Assembly: GCA_950097015.1 (NCBI GenBank)
Contig: CATNEN010000039.1
Span: 16,864,001 to 16,928,000 of the forward strand
Direction of reading: 5' to 3'
DNA from: Macrostomum hystrix
Lineage: Eukaryota > Animalia > Platyhelminthes
DNA length: 64,000 nt
The notes beneath the pieces were generated by a model that saw nothing but the letters and a program-made list of their open reading frames with translations, searched no databases and was not told where the DNA came from. Of the stretch, positions 1-12,732 are shown one piece after another (position 1 is the first letter of the stretch; each line of letters opens with the position of its first letter). Position numbers and translations under genes: made by a program.

Positions 1-296
1 GGCGAGGCCACATTTATTTGGGGCGCAGCCGCGGAGAGAAGGCTTGGGGGCTTGTCGTGCAATTTTTGCCCTTGAGGGCCAACCTCCAAGGCACAGTGAA
101 ATGTACACTGCCTGACGATGAGAAAGTCAGGGCAGATGTACACACCTGTGTGAGCGTGTGCCTGCGTACAGTATCTGAGTGCGTGTGCTCAGGAGTCAGC
201 GAAATGGGCAGAATTGCCTCCTCGCTGGCTGCGGGTCTAGTGTCACTAAATGATGTGCCACTGCCCGCAGCCCTCCTGCAATTATTATTATTATTA
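1..296 (+). mobile_element. SINE family A (tRNA-derived, ~360 bp, (TTA)n tail); 5' end cut by window
   Basis: Near-identical to about 12 other copies in the window; ends in the GGCTGCGGG/CCCGCAGCC stem followed by (tta)n. Confidence 0.9.
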
Positions 297-437
297 AGAC
301 GACAAAGACGATGATCAGTATTGACTAGCGGATGCGCGTCTTCTCGATGACGATCCAGTGCGAGGATATGGGTCACCGTACCACGTTGCGGCCGGAACCC
401 GTTCTGCTCATAACGGGGTACGGGTTCAGCACCGACT
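297..437 (-). pseudogene. Degenerate non-LTR retrotransposon (RTE/CR1-like) reverse-transcriptase fragment
   Basis: Minus strand reads YEQNGFRPQRGTVTHILAL, then after a frameshift VIEKTRIR*SILIIVFV. This is the LINE RT QxGFR..RST..I..L...FVD region, with a stop; it abuts a SINE. Confidence 0.7.
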
Positions 438-1398
438 GCAAGACACAAAAACCTGTTCCTTCGACACACTACTTCATAGTAGTACTTCATAGTAGTAATG
501 TTTGAAAAATAATAAATTGCTAGTAGATGTTTATAATTACGAGTATATGCAATAACACAGTTTTAAATTAATTGCTCAGCAAGCGCTAACAAAAGTGCAA
601 ACGCAAATTTGCTACCAAAACCAGCCCCCTCACACACACACACACTTAAAAACAGTCACACACTATACTCAAATGACACTGACAAATGACTGCACGCATG
701 ACTGTGAATAATGGAATGAACCACTTGCTAAGGAAAAGCGGCGCGTCTTTACTGAAATCTACAAATATAATTGTCAAGCAAGAAGTTATAAAATTTGTTC
801 TACTGCATTCGTTAGGACCCTGGAATTCGGCTTCTTGCAAGCTTTCTTGCTTGTCGATTGAAACTGAGAGAGAAGCAGACATAAGGTCCAATTCACACAC
901 AGGCAGGCAAGGGCAAACCATTTGATTTCATTCCACGCCTTCTCTCTCAACCTTACCTAGCCCGAAACGACCACCCACCCCATGCCGCTTAGCCGCTACA
1001 CTAAAACTCCTGTCCAAGCATGGGCCAATAGGAATTCGTTCGCTATCACGTGTCCTATCTAACCCTCACGCACAGTCTGACCGACCACCTCCCTGTCAGT
1101 CCTCCCAGCCCCAAGGTCCTTAGACTAAAGCTTTATAGTCGGAATAGAGAAGCTTTGGAGGAAAGAGAAGTTAACAAATTTTTCATCTGTGAAATAATAA
1201 CCGGGATTGTTTTATTTTGTCAATCGGTTTCATTCGACTAAACTACTCACGTAAGACTTGTATTTTTCTGCTGGCTGTTTTGCTAGCTTTCTTTTTTATG
1301 TGTAAATTATTGCCGACTAAGTAACCTGCTTTGAGCAATCCGCTTTGCTTTTTTGCAACTGTAAATATATTTATATTTGGCTAAAAGGAAGGAAGACA

Positions 1399-2431
1399 GG
1401 ACAGGGGTGAGGAAGAGGGAGAGGACAGGGGTGAGGAAGAGGGAGAGGACAGGGGTGAGGAAGAGGGAGAGGACAGGGGTGAGGAAGAGGGAGAGGACAG
1501 GGGTGAGGAAGAGGGAGAGGACAGGGGTGAGGAAGAGGGAGAGGACAGGGGTGAGGAAGAGGGAGAGGACAGGGGTGAGGAAGAGGGAGAGGACAGGGGA
1601 GAGGAAGAGGGAGAGGACAGGGGTGAGGAAGAGGGAGAGGACAGGGGCGAACAAGAGGGAGAGGACAGGGGCGAACAAGAGGGAGAGGACAGGACAGGGA
1701 GGAGGAAGAGGGAGAGGACAGGACAGGGAGGAGGAAGAGGGAGAGGACAGGACAGGGAGATGGAAGAGGGAGAGGACAGGACAGGGAGGAGGAAGAGGGA
1801 GAGGACAGGACAGGGAGGAGGAAGAGGGAGAGGACAGGACAGGGAGATGGAAGAGGGAGAGGACAGGACAGGGAGGAGGAAGAGGGAGAGGACAGGACAG
1901 GGAGGTGGAAGAGGGAGAGGACAGGACAGGGAGGAGGAAGAGGGAGAGGACAGGACAGGGAGCAAGAGGGAGAGGACAGGACAGGGAGGAGGAAGAGGGA
2001 GAGGACAGGACAGGGAGATGGAAGAGGGAGAGGACAAAACAGGGAGGAGGAAGAGGGAGAGGACAGGACAGGGAGGTGGAAGAGGGAGAGGACAGGACAG
2101 GGAGGTGGAAGAGGGAGAGGACAGGACAGGGAGGAGGAAGAGGGAGAGGACAGGACAGGGAGCAAGAGGGAGAGGACAGGACAGGGAGGAGGAAGAGGGA
2201 GAGGACAGGACAGGGAGATGGAAGAGGGAGAGGACAGGACAGGGAGGAGGAAGAGGGAGAGGACAGGACAGGGAGATGGAAGAGGGAGAGGACAGGACAG
2301 GGAGGAGGAAGAGGGAGAGGACAGGACAGGGAGGAGGAAGAGGGAGAGGACAGGACAGGGAGGAGGAAGAGGGAGAGGACAGGACAGGGAGGAGGAAGAG
2401 GGAGAGGACAGGACAGGGAGGAGGAAGAGGG
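1399..2431. repeat. Purine-rich minisatellite, 21-bp unit changing to 26-bp unit
   Basis: (gacaggggtgaggaagagggagag)-type units, then units with an added gacag. Confidence 0.95.
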
Positions 2432-3083
2432 AGGCAGTGCGGACAGGGGAGCAAGGAACAAAGTAACGATTAGAAATAAATGTCAGAAATTTGTAAATAA
2501 CTTAAGGAAGGTAAAATCGAAATACCATCTTGCTTTGTCTAAAAAAATCCGATGGTAGCTACTGCAATGAAAGTGAAAAATGGCTTCGGTTCAGAAAAAA
2601 GCTAATTTGTCTTCGGTGAAATTAAAAAATTCCAACAACTTGCCTCTTCAGTAATTGATTTCGGGCAGACGCTTGCATGTTAGGGTGTGTGTACCTCGCC
2701 CTAAACGCGGCACATTGCTGTGGATTAGCTTATTTTGCATTATCTCCCAGCCAAATTAATTCGATAGAACTGCTTTAAACTGGATTGGGGTTTGTATGGA
2801 ACCAGTACTGGCACTATAGAATATACCGTACTGTATCGAGTGCTTCTGTCGCCACTCACCCCCTGTACCTCTTTGCCCCTCGATTTCTACGATTGCCTTT
2901 TTTTATTGCAAATGGTATAATTTTTAGGCTGAAAATTCTGTGCAAAAAAGTAGATTTTGCTTATAATATTTGTGATAAGCAGTGCTCACCAACTCAGTGT
3001 GAGATGCAGAGCTCTCACCCACAACTCAATCTCACTCCACCAACTCACTCCCTCCCACAACTCAGTGCGAGATTCAGGCCACA

Positions 3084-6000
3084 ATGATGCGCCGTTGGTC
3101 CAGTGTCTCATCCGACGATGTCCGCTTCCTTCGTGACGAGGTCGAGCGTCGATCCCGCGAGATGCAGTCTGCTGACGCCTGCGAAGTTGCTTTCGAATCG
3201 TTGAAGGAGCCGAACAGGAACCGGGTGGCTATCACGAAAATCTACCGCAGCATCGAGGGCGCCGGCATCCACCTGGAAGACCCGCGCCTGAAGGAGTGCA
3301 TCCAGAACATTCGCAATCTTCAGAAGCGCAATGTCAAATCAGAAGAGGATGCTAGAAACAATTTCTTCCTAGACAAACAGACCTTCATTGAGGTGGTGCG
3401 CGACAACGCAGTCATGCTTCTGACTATCCTTCACAATGACTTTGTTGTGCCGCAGTTTCACGAGTTCACACACCACATCCGGACTATCTTTGAGAAGTGT
3501 CGGGAAAATCACGACGGTGCGCCGGCCAACTACATTCCCCAGTTAGCCAGATTCGATCCGAACTACTGGGGGGTGTCCATCTGCACCATCGATGGCCAGC
3601 GGTACAATCACGGCGACTTCAAGATCCCGTTCTGCCTGCAGTCGACCAGCAAGCCGTTGAACTACGCTCTGGCCCTGACAGAGCTTGGCTGCGACGAGGT
3701 TCACGAGAGTGTCGGCTACGAGCCATCCGGCATCAGCTTCAATTCTATCGCTTTGAACCACAACCAGGCGCCGCACAATCCGATGATCAATGCTGGCGCC
3801 ATTGTCATCTGCAGCCTCATTCAGCGGCACAGAAAGCTGGCGGACAGGTTCGACATGGTCATGCAGGAGTACCGACGCATGGCGGGCGGTGAGCACCTGT
3901 TGCGCCTTTGGCCTAGCTTTCAAGTCGAGCGGTAACTCGCACCAAGGTCCCCGAGTTCGATTCCGCGGCGAGGCCACATTTATTTGGGGCGCAGCCGCGG
4001 AGAGAAGGCTGGGGGGCTTGTCGTGCAATTTACGCCCTTAAGGGCCAACCTCCAAGGCACAGTGAGAGTGCACACTGCCTGACGATGAGAAAGTCAGGGC
4101 AGATGTACACACCTGTGTGAGCAAGTGCCTGCTTAGGGTATCCGTGTGCGTGTGTGCCCAGGAGTCAGCGAAATGGCCAGAATTGTCTTCTCGCTGGCTG
4201 CGGGTCTAGTGTCACCAAATGATTTGCCATTGCCTGCAGCCCTCCTACAATTATTTTTTTTCTAAGAAAATATTTTTAGAAACTCTGGTCAGTTAGTAAG
4301 AAGGTTGTAGCCTAGTTGTTTGATTTTCGGACTCACGAATATAGGTCGGGGTTCGATTCCCGACTCCAACTGTAACAGTTTGTATCCGTTCGCGAGACAC
4401 CCAACTCTGCATTGCTTCAGTTCACCCAGCTGTTTTATGGGGTAATAGAACTTTGTGTTTGGCGTTCGCCCACTCCATGGGCTGAACAGCCGTAGGCAGC
4501 CTTCAGATAACTGTTTGTAAATGAAAACGTGAAAGAGAAAACTCAACCAATCAACAGGCGAGTTCCTGGGCTTCAGCAATCCGACTTTCCTATCCGAGCG
4601 TGAAACGGCCGATCGCAATTTCGCCCTGGCGCACTATATGAACGAGTACCACTGCTTCCCGACCGGCACTAACCTGAAGGAGACGTTGGACTTTTATTTC
4701 CAGCTATGCTCCGTTGAGGTCACCTGCGAGTCAGCCTCGGTGATCGCAGGCACTCTAGCTAACGGTGGCATCTGTCCGCTGACTGGCGAGCGGGTCCTGT
4801 CAGCCGAGGCTGTCCGTGACACCCTGTCGCTCATGCACAGCTGCGGCATGTACGACTATAGCGGCCAGTTCGCTTTCAAATGTGGCCTGCCGGCCAAGTC
4901 GGGCGTGTCCGGCGTCATCCTGCTGGTCATCCCGAACCTCATGGGCATCGCGCTGTGGTCGCCGCCGTTAGACGAGCAGGGCAACTCTTGTCGCGGCATC
5001 CAGTTCTGCAGGGAGCTAGTTGCCAAATTCAATTTTCACAATTACGACTCGCTAATCAACGCGCAGGACAAGCTGGACCCGAGGCGAGTTCAGAAGACTG
5101 GCGAGAAACAGACGGAGACTGTCGGCTCAATTCTGTTCTCAGCCGCTAACAATGACCTGTCCGCTCTTAGGTAAGTGCCAATCAGCACTGTCAGTTAGGA
5201 GTTTGAGTTTTGTGCGTCTTCGGAATGTCCCAGTGACACATTAGAGATAGCAAATTGAAGCTATTAGCTTTTGCCGAAGTCACGACAATCCGTAATGCTT
5301 CGACCGATTTAAAAAGTTTATTTCACGCTAGAGAGTCAACTATCTGGATTGGTTGGCGAGGGAGGTGGGGTGGGGCTTGGTTGTCGTTGGTGCGCAGGGA
5401 TAGAGTTTGGGGGTGGGTGTGCAGGGATGTTGGGTTGGTATTACCCTTGTACCCCTAACCAACCCCACACCACTCATGCACACCAACCCCAACTACGCCC
5501 CACCCACCTCCCTCGCTGACCAATCATAACCAAGGCATTCACAAATCGCACATTTTTTCCTGAGAAACTCTAGAAACAATTAGCAAATTTACCCAAGTAA
5601 GAAGATATTTTTTGCAACCTCTTGAATCGACAAATTTAGTCGTTTGTTCGTTTTTTAGTTTTCTTCTAGAGCGCATCACATCCTTGTCTCTGTATAGAAT
5701 CAAGTAACCCTTTTGAACCTTGTTGGGGGAGCTTGTAGCCTAGTGGTTAGAGCCGCTGGATTCACGACTTGAAGGTCGGGGGTTCGATTCCCGACTGCAC
5801 TGGAACAACTCCTGTCCTTTTCCCAGCTGTTAAACGGGTACCAGCATTTGCCAGCATTTATATGCGTTTATAATTCGTTAGCATTCTAAGAATCGTTGAC
5901 CTACTTTTTCTGTCAACCAGGCGCGCTTTCCTTCTTGGCACCGACATGAACGTCACCGACTACGATGGCCGCACCGCCATTCACCTGGCCTCTGCTGAGG

Positions 6001-6290
6001 GCAATCTAGAATCTGTCACTTTTCTAGTCGACGTCTGCGAAGTAGCCGTCAACCCGAAGGACCGCTGGGGATTCACGCCCCTGGCCGAAGCTGAACGATT
6101 CGGTCACTCCGCTGTGGCGCAGTTCCTTCGTGACTCTGGCGGCTGCATCAGCGCCAACCCGCGCGACCTACCGCAGACTGACCTGCGCAAGAAGAAGATG
6201 ACGATCCGGGAGAGCAAGTTCGAGGAGCCGCCGCCGCAACCGCCTCAGCAGCAGCAGCAGCAGCAGCAGCAGCAAGATGGCAAGGCGTGA
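3084..6290 (+). CDS. GLS: Glutaminase (animal GLS type, C-terminal ankyrin repeats), 3 exons: 3084-3888, 4558-5170, 5921-6290; ~595 aa
   Basis: Motifs [15 protein letters not shown] (catalytic SxxK), [25 protein letters not shown] and ankyrin [15 protein letters not shown] introns join in frame ([11 protein letters not shown]; SALR-RAFL). PolyQ tail. Confidence 0.95.
3927..4262 (+). mobile_element. SINE family A in glutaminase intron 1
   Basis: B-box GAGTTCGATTCC, conserved body, T-rich tail. Confidence 0.9.
4303..4510 (+). mobile_element. SINE family B in glutaminase intron 1 (other + copies at 5726-5850 and 15855-16060; head only on - at 28750-28812)
   Basis: Same tRNA head and cagttcacccagctg core. 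Confidence 0.8.
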
Positions 6291-7149
6291 ACCGCTCTTA
6301 GGAAAAGATTTATTGACTAAAACCCAGAGATCTGTTTTCAGCTTTGAATTAGTTTTGTTTTCAAACACATTTCATTGTCATTTAATATTTATCCCACTAT
6401 ATAGCTTATGTTTGTGGAAAGCTAATTTCGGCTGTAATGCAGCTTCTTCAGATTAACATTGCGGTTTTGTGTTCTTTTAATAGCTTCTAATCAGATTGCG
6501 TCATACATTTTTTAACAATTTCGCCATTAATTCATCTTAGCTGACTTAGCTCATTCACGTTAACAATGTACGCTTAATTTTCCATGTACACTACTCGCAG
6601 TGGCAGTAGCAGCAAATTGTAGCCTCAAAAAGTCAATCAAAAAGCAAATAAATGGTGTTCACATTTTTGTCTTTGTCAGCTATTGGAAACTGCTTTTAGA
6701 AAGCTTTCATTTGTGTATTTTTCCGTGAAAATCTGCCTGGAATAAATTTTCCATGTGTTTTCTTGTGTTTCTCAACAAGTCAAGCAGGATATGGTTTTTA
6801 AGCAATTAATTCTGTTATTTAGTACTTTTTTAGTTAGTTTCCAATTCGTTAGATTCTTATTACGCAAAGTGTAATGATGCGGAATTATGAAAATTTCTGA
6901 CACTATTACTCGTATAACTGACACAGCTGCCATCACGGCCAAATTACTATTTTGTCTTACCTAACTGGGCGAAAATATGGCGGTAATTTAACTTACGTAC
7001 ATGTTGGAACACCAAAAATTACTTGTTTGCTTTAGTTGGTAGGCTGGGAACTAAGAGTTTGCTTCTAGATATGGTTGCCTTGTGTTAAAGCTGCCATGCG
7101 TAAACATACTGTACTGAACAACTGCTCACTGCATTCGCCTGGTAAAATA

Positions 7150-7935
7150 CACCTGCTGACACCCACCTGCTGACACCCACCTGCTGACACCCACCTGCTG
7201 ACACCAACCTGCTGACACCCACCTGCTGACACCCAACTGCTGACACCCACCTGCTGACACCCACCTGCTGACACCCACCTGCTGACACCCACCTGCTATA
7301 TCTGCACCTGCTGACACCCACCTGCTATATCTGCACCTGCTGACACCAACCTGCTACATCTGCACCTGCTGACACCCACCTGCTACATCTGCACCTGCTG
7401 ACACCCACCTGCTACATCTGCACCTGCTGACACCCACCTGCTACATCTGCACCTGCTGACACCCACCTGCTACATCTGCACCTGCTGACACCCACCTGCT
7501 ACATCTGCACCTGCTGACACCCACCTGCTACATCTGCACCTGCTGACACCAACCTGCTACATCTGCACCTGCTGACACCCACCTGCTACATCTGCACCTG
7601 CTGACACCCACCTGCTACATCTGCACCTGCTGACACCAACCTGCTACATCTGCACCTGCTGACACCCACCTGCTACATCTGCACCTGCTGACACCCACCT
7701 GCTACATCTGCACCTGCTGACACCCACCTGCTACATCTGCACCTGCTGACACCCACCTGCTACATCTGCACCTGCTGACACCCACCTGCTACATCTGCAC
7801 CTGCTGACACCAACCTGCTACATCTGCACCTGCTGACACCCACCTGCTACATCTGCACCTGCTGACACCCACCTGCTACATCTGCACCTGCTGACACCCA
7901 CCTGCTACATTTGCACCTGCTGACACCCACCTGCT
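7150..7935. repeat. Minisatellite, 14-bp unit then 29-bp higher-order unit
   Basis: cacctgctgacacc, later alternating with cacctgctacatctg. Confidence 0.95.
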
Positions 7936-7978
7936 TACACAAAACTAATACATGAACCTGCTAATAGTAGGCGCTTAC

Positions 7979-8066
7979 CTTTAAAGTCGCCGGTAAACTC
8001 AACCGCATCATCTTCCCCCGAACTGGACTCGATGTCCCTAAAGCTGGCCACAATGTCCTTGAACAT
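7979..8066 (-). CDS. Putative first coding exon of an unidentified gene (MFKDIVASFRDIESSSGEDDAVEFTGDFK)
   Basis: ATG in caacATG context, coding-like composition, strong donor AAAG|GTAAGC, CCAAT motif upstream (~8237). Downstream exons not resolved. Confidence 0.4.
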
Positions 8067-8422
8067 GTTGTTTGATTTAATTAAAATACGGCTTTTATTT
8101 CAGACTGGCTGACTTGACGGTCGGCGGAATTATAGAAGAACTGAATTATTGAACTTATTCCGCTCTGAAGTAACTCCGACTCATGCGATCACTCTCAAAA
8201 TGTATTTCTCAGCTGTCCATTTTTTCCTCTTTCTCAGCCAATCACAACGGACTTTTTCGATTTGATGTCCAACGAACTGGCCCAAACAGCGGCTTCATCA
8301 AAATAACACTGGGATATTCAGATCCCTTAGCTCGATTACTCAGCGAGGCAATACGTTTGGGGAGAGAAGGCTTGGGGGCTTGTCGTTCAATTTGCGCCTT
8401 TCAGGGCCAACTCCGACCATTA

Positions 8423-8782
8423 AGGCAAACCCCTTCATTATACTCAGGTCCCTCAGGCAACCCCTACCGTTATCCTCTGATCCTTCAGGCAACCCTTCCA
8501 TTATCCTCTGATCCTTCAGGCAACCCTTCCATTATCCTCTGATCCTTCAGGCAACCCTTCCATTATCCTCTGATCCTTCAGGCAACCCCCTTCATTATAC
8601 TCAGATCCTTCAGGCAACCCCTACCGTTATCCTCTGATCCTTCAGGCAACCCTTCCATTATCCTCTGATCCTTCAGGCAAAACCTTCCATTATCCTCTGA
8701 TCCTTCAGGCAACCCTTCCATTATCCTCTGATCCTTCAGGCAACCTTTCCATTATCCTCCGATCTTTCAGGCAACCCCTACC
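8423..8782. repeat. ~31-bp minisatellite
   Basis: tgatccttcaggcaacccttccattatcctc units. Confidence 0.95.
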
Positions 8783-10360
8783 ATTTTTCTTAGATTTTAT
8801 AGGCATGCTAAGGCGATCCTTAGAACCTATGAAATTTTTTGTAAAAATATTTTTCGCTGAAATTTGATACTTTTGTATGAGTCTATGAACAATGCGATAA
8901 AAGCACAGAGACAAGAATTATCGTATTTTCACTACTATATCAAGTCTGAATATTCAGTCCAAAAACAAGCTATGTCAATTGTAGCTATATTTTCTTCATG
9001 CATCAATTGACAGTTGAAATCAACAATGAGCTATCAGCTCAGCTCAGCTAATGTAAAAGAAATGAATGTGTTCTCGAATGCAAACAACGACCTATAACAG
9101 AACTTTTCTGTATGTAAATATTGATGAGACTAAATTTCATCCCCGAAGAGAGTATGCGGATGAACTTTCAAATTTGATTTCTGTCGTTATCTCCCGAGTA
9201 CCAATTACAGCATGCGCTTTTCTAGCATTAGTAATTGTTAAGGCCCCGCTGGGAAATGTTGAGTACTCTTTGAGCACAAGTTGAGTAGAGTAGACTTTCA
9301 TTAATGTTTGCTATATTATTGTTTAACATTCAAACAAATATAAGCCGTCAAACGCTTAATCCTCTCCTGCCAATACTACTCTGCAAGTGAGTAGCAATAA
9401 CAGCAAATAAGCTAATATTGGTCCAATCTAAAACCTAAGTACAGTTTAATCTAACCCCAACCTAATTAATAAACGCTTCACGCTAAACCCCAATCTAAGA
9501 ATTGGTTCCCTAAACCTCATAAAAATGGTATCAACTTTTTATTGACCCAAACCCTAACCTATTTTCCATTGCTTTTAAATGAGCAATGCAGTCACTCATA
9601 CTCACAACCAGAATTCAGATGATGAATACTGGTGCTACTGATACGGCGAGAAATGCATTAACATGACAATTTGTACTTTGAAACCAAATAGAACACATTG
9701 CATAGCATTTTCCAGTACAATTTGATACACCCAGTAGAACACTGACTCCACCAGCTATAGATAAGAAAGTCGTATAACCCTGTCGGCAAACTTCAAAGGT
9801 TACGTTTTGTGTGTGACCGCGTGCGCAAGTCAGAATTGAACAAGAATTTTTCATTAAACGGGCCTGCTTGCATAAAATATGCAAATAGTTTAGAACCAAA
9901 ACTAACAACATATTGAATGGTTTTGATAATACAAATATCACATATAATCATATCTTTGCTAGATTTGAGTAGAATTTTCAAAGATCTAAATTAATATATA
10001 TCGGCTCGGTAATTTTTTTCTTTGTAGGTTGGCAAATAAAAATGGTTAAAAAATGTGAGAGTACTTTCTTACTTCAGTTTTAAAATGTGTTCTCTTTTGT
10101 GAGGCCGTTCTTTTAAAGCTGGTTAGAGTGAGAGGAGGTCAGCAGCAAGAGGACTGAGGTGGAGTTGGCTGAAGTGGCGCCTAAAAAATAAGAGTACTAG
10201 TACTGTTAGACCTCTTAAAGAGGTCGTACTGAAAGAGGTCGTCATGCTTTCTTTCCCGTTCCACAAAAAAGTTTCAGACTGAGACACTGTTAAAGTGGTG
10301 GAATCAATGGAGCAATTTCAAAGAGGTCGATCTCCAATAGAACAAAGTCGACAGGACGAA

Positions 10361-11922
10361 TGTGGCAGTCTGGAAGTGACAATCTTAAAGTGGCAGTCTG
10401 GAAGTGGCAGTCTGGAAGTGGCAGTCTCAAAGTGGCAGTCTGGAAGTGGCAGTCTGGAAGTGGCAGTCTCAAAGTGGCAGTCAGGAAGTGGCAGTCTGGA
10501 TGTGGCAGTCTCAAAGTGGCAGTCTGGAAGTGGCAGTCTCAAAGTGGCAGTCTCAAAGTGGCAGTCTGGAAGTGGCAGTCTGAATGTGGCATTCTGGAAG
10601 TGGCAATCTCAAAGTGGCATTCTGGAAGTGGCAATCTCAAAGTGGCATTCTGGAAGTGGCAATCTCAAAGTGGCATTCTGGAAGTGGCAATCTCAAAGTG
10701 GCAGACTCAAAGTGGCAGTCAGGAAGTGGCAGTCTGGAAGTGGCAGTCTGGAAGTGGCAGTCTCAAAGTGGCAGTCAGGAAGTGGCAGTCTGGATGTGGC
10801 AGTCTCAAAGTGGCAGTCTGAAAGTGGCAATCTCAAAGTGGCAGTCTCAAAGTGGCAGTCTCAAAGTGGCAGTCTCAAAGTGGCAGTCTCAAAGTAGCAG
10901 TCTGGAAGTGGCAGTCTCAAAGTGGCAGTCGGGAAGTGGCTGTCTCAAAGTGGCAGTCGGGAAGTGGCAGTCTCAAAGTGGCAGTCTCAAAGTGGCAGTC
11001 TCAAAGTGGCAGTCTCAAAGTGGCAGTCTGGAAGTGGCAGTCTGGAAGTGGCAGTCTCAAAGTGGCAGTCGGGAAGTGGCAGTCTCAAAGTGGCAGTCTG
11101 GAAGTGGCAGTCTCAAAGTAGCAGTCTTAATGTGGCAGTCTGGAAGTGGCAGTCTTAAAGTGGCAGTCTGGAAGTGGCAATCTGAAAGTGGCAGTCTGAA
11201 AGTGGCAATATCAAAGTGGCAGTCTGGAAGTGGCAGTCTCAAAGTGGCAGTCTGGAAGTGGCAGTCTGGAAGTGGCAGTCTCAAAGTGGCAGTCTGAAAG
11301 TGGCAATCTCAAAGTGGCAGTCTCAAAGTGGCAGTCTCAAAGTGGCAGTCTGGAAGTGGCAGTCGGGAAGTGGCAGTCTTAAAGTGGCAGTCTGGAAGTG
11401 GCAGTCTCAAAGTGGCAATCTCAAAGTGGCAGTCTGGAAGTGGCAGTCTGGAAGTGGCAGTCGGGAAGTGGCAGTCTCAAAGTGGCAGTCTGGATTCTGG
11501 AAGTGGCAGTCTGCAAGTAGCAGTCTCAAAGTGGCAGTCTCAAAGTGGCAGTCTGGAAGTGGCAGTCTGAATGTGGCATTCTGGAAGTGGCAATCTCAAA
11601 GTGGCATTCTGGAAGTGGCAATCTCAAAGTGGCATTCTGGAAGTGGCAATCTCAAAGTGGCAGTCTTAAAGTGGCATTCTGGAAGTGGTAGTCTGGAAGT
11701 GGCAATCTCAAAGTGGCAGTCTTAAAGTGGCATTCTGGAAGTGGCAGTCTGGAAGTGGCAGTCTCAAAGTGGCAGTCTTAAAGTGGCATTCTGGAAGTGG
11801 CAGTCTGGAAGTGGCAATCTCAAAGTGGCAGTCTTAAAGTGGCAGTCTCAAAGTGGCAGTCTGGAAGTGGCAGTCTCAAAGTGGCAGTCTGGAAGTGGCA
11901 GTCTCAAAGTGGCAGTGTCATA
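10361..11922. repeat. 14-bp minisatellite
   Basis: aagtggcagtct(gg/ca) units, >100 copies. Confidence 0.95.
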
Positions 11923-12637
11923 GTGGTTGTAGAAAATTGGCCATGTAAGAACCTGCCCGTACTGTGAGTTGGCATTGAAAGATGCATTGTTAAATAGCAA
12001 AAGTACACTTAGAGAACAAAAATAGGACGAGTAAAAAAGCTTAAAAGGGTACGAGCAAATAATAAAAAACCGGTTCTTTTTCTCTTTAATATACTCGAAC
12101 CGGTTACAAAATCCGACAAAAGCATTTAAGGGTTGAGGGTTAGGCGGCTTAGGGTTAGAGAGCTACAGCAGAAAAATAGAAATTAAAAGAATAGCAGCTG
12201 CTGAAATAACTGGGTCTTTGCACTAGCTTACACTGGCCTTTCGTAGAGCGAAGCAAAGAAATTAATACATCAGAAGGTCAACAAGGAATAATGAATATAT
12301 TGTCCAGCCTGTAGGTAACAGAAAAGAGAGAGGAGTAGAGAGCGCTGTACACACCCTCATCTTTCGCCTCGTTTCTCGCTAAGAGTCCTCAAGCCGAGAA
12401 CTGCTGATGCGCTTGTGCCACGTTGTGTCTGAGATTCTCTTTAAACCACTCCTCCTGCGCCGATCCAGTCAGAACTGGTTCATTTCCTTCACCCTGGGGC
12501 ACCCGCCACCCCACTGGCCAAGCCCCTTTTCGCTTGCGCACGGTCTGTCAATCGGCCCTGCCCCCACCACCCCAGCCACCCCAGCCACCCCCACCCAGCC
12601 AGCCAGCCATGCAGTAGCAGCGCTCACTGTCTCCTTC

Positions 12638-12690
12638 CCAATATAAAACCAAAAGCGATTTTCGCTTCGGAATTCGTTTCAGCTTAAACC
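12638..12690 (+). promoter_or_regulatory. TATA-like/Inr core promoter of ASPG
   Basis: tataaaa at ~12642 and a ttcagc/tcgttt initiator-like site ~30 bp downstream, before ATG 12733. Confidence 0.4.
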
Positions 12691-12732
12691 AGCCAGAAGT
12701 CAGGGTCGGAAGTCCGTTCGAAAATCAGCGCA

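Noticed and set aside
112-130. Hammerhead ribozyme in SINE A (CTGACGA..GAAA)
   Set aside because: Only 3 nt separate CUGACGA and GAAA (no stem II), there is no stem III/NUH, and the bases form a simple hairpin.
1307-2558. Long low-complexity ORFs here and at 10295-11923, 24543-25760, 25951-26589, 56436-57851 and 60049-63898
   Set aside because: They are translations of stop-free tandem repeats, open in several frames; most sit in introns or intergenic DNA.
3889-4557. Introner-type intron gain (intron start resembling the next exon; CAGGTGA at both ends of ASPG intron 3)
   Set aside because: Matches are short and explained by the AG|GT consensus; intron ends are not shared between introns.
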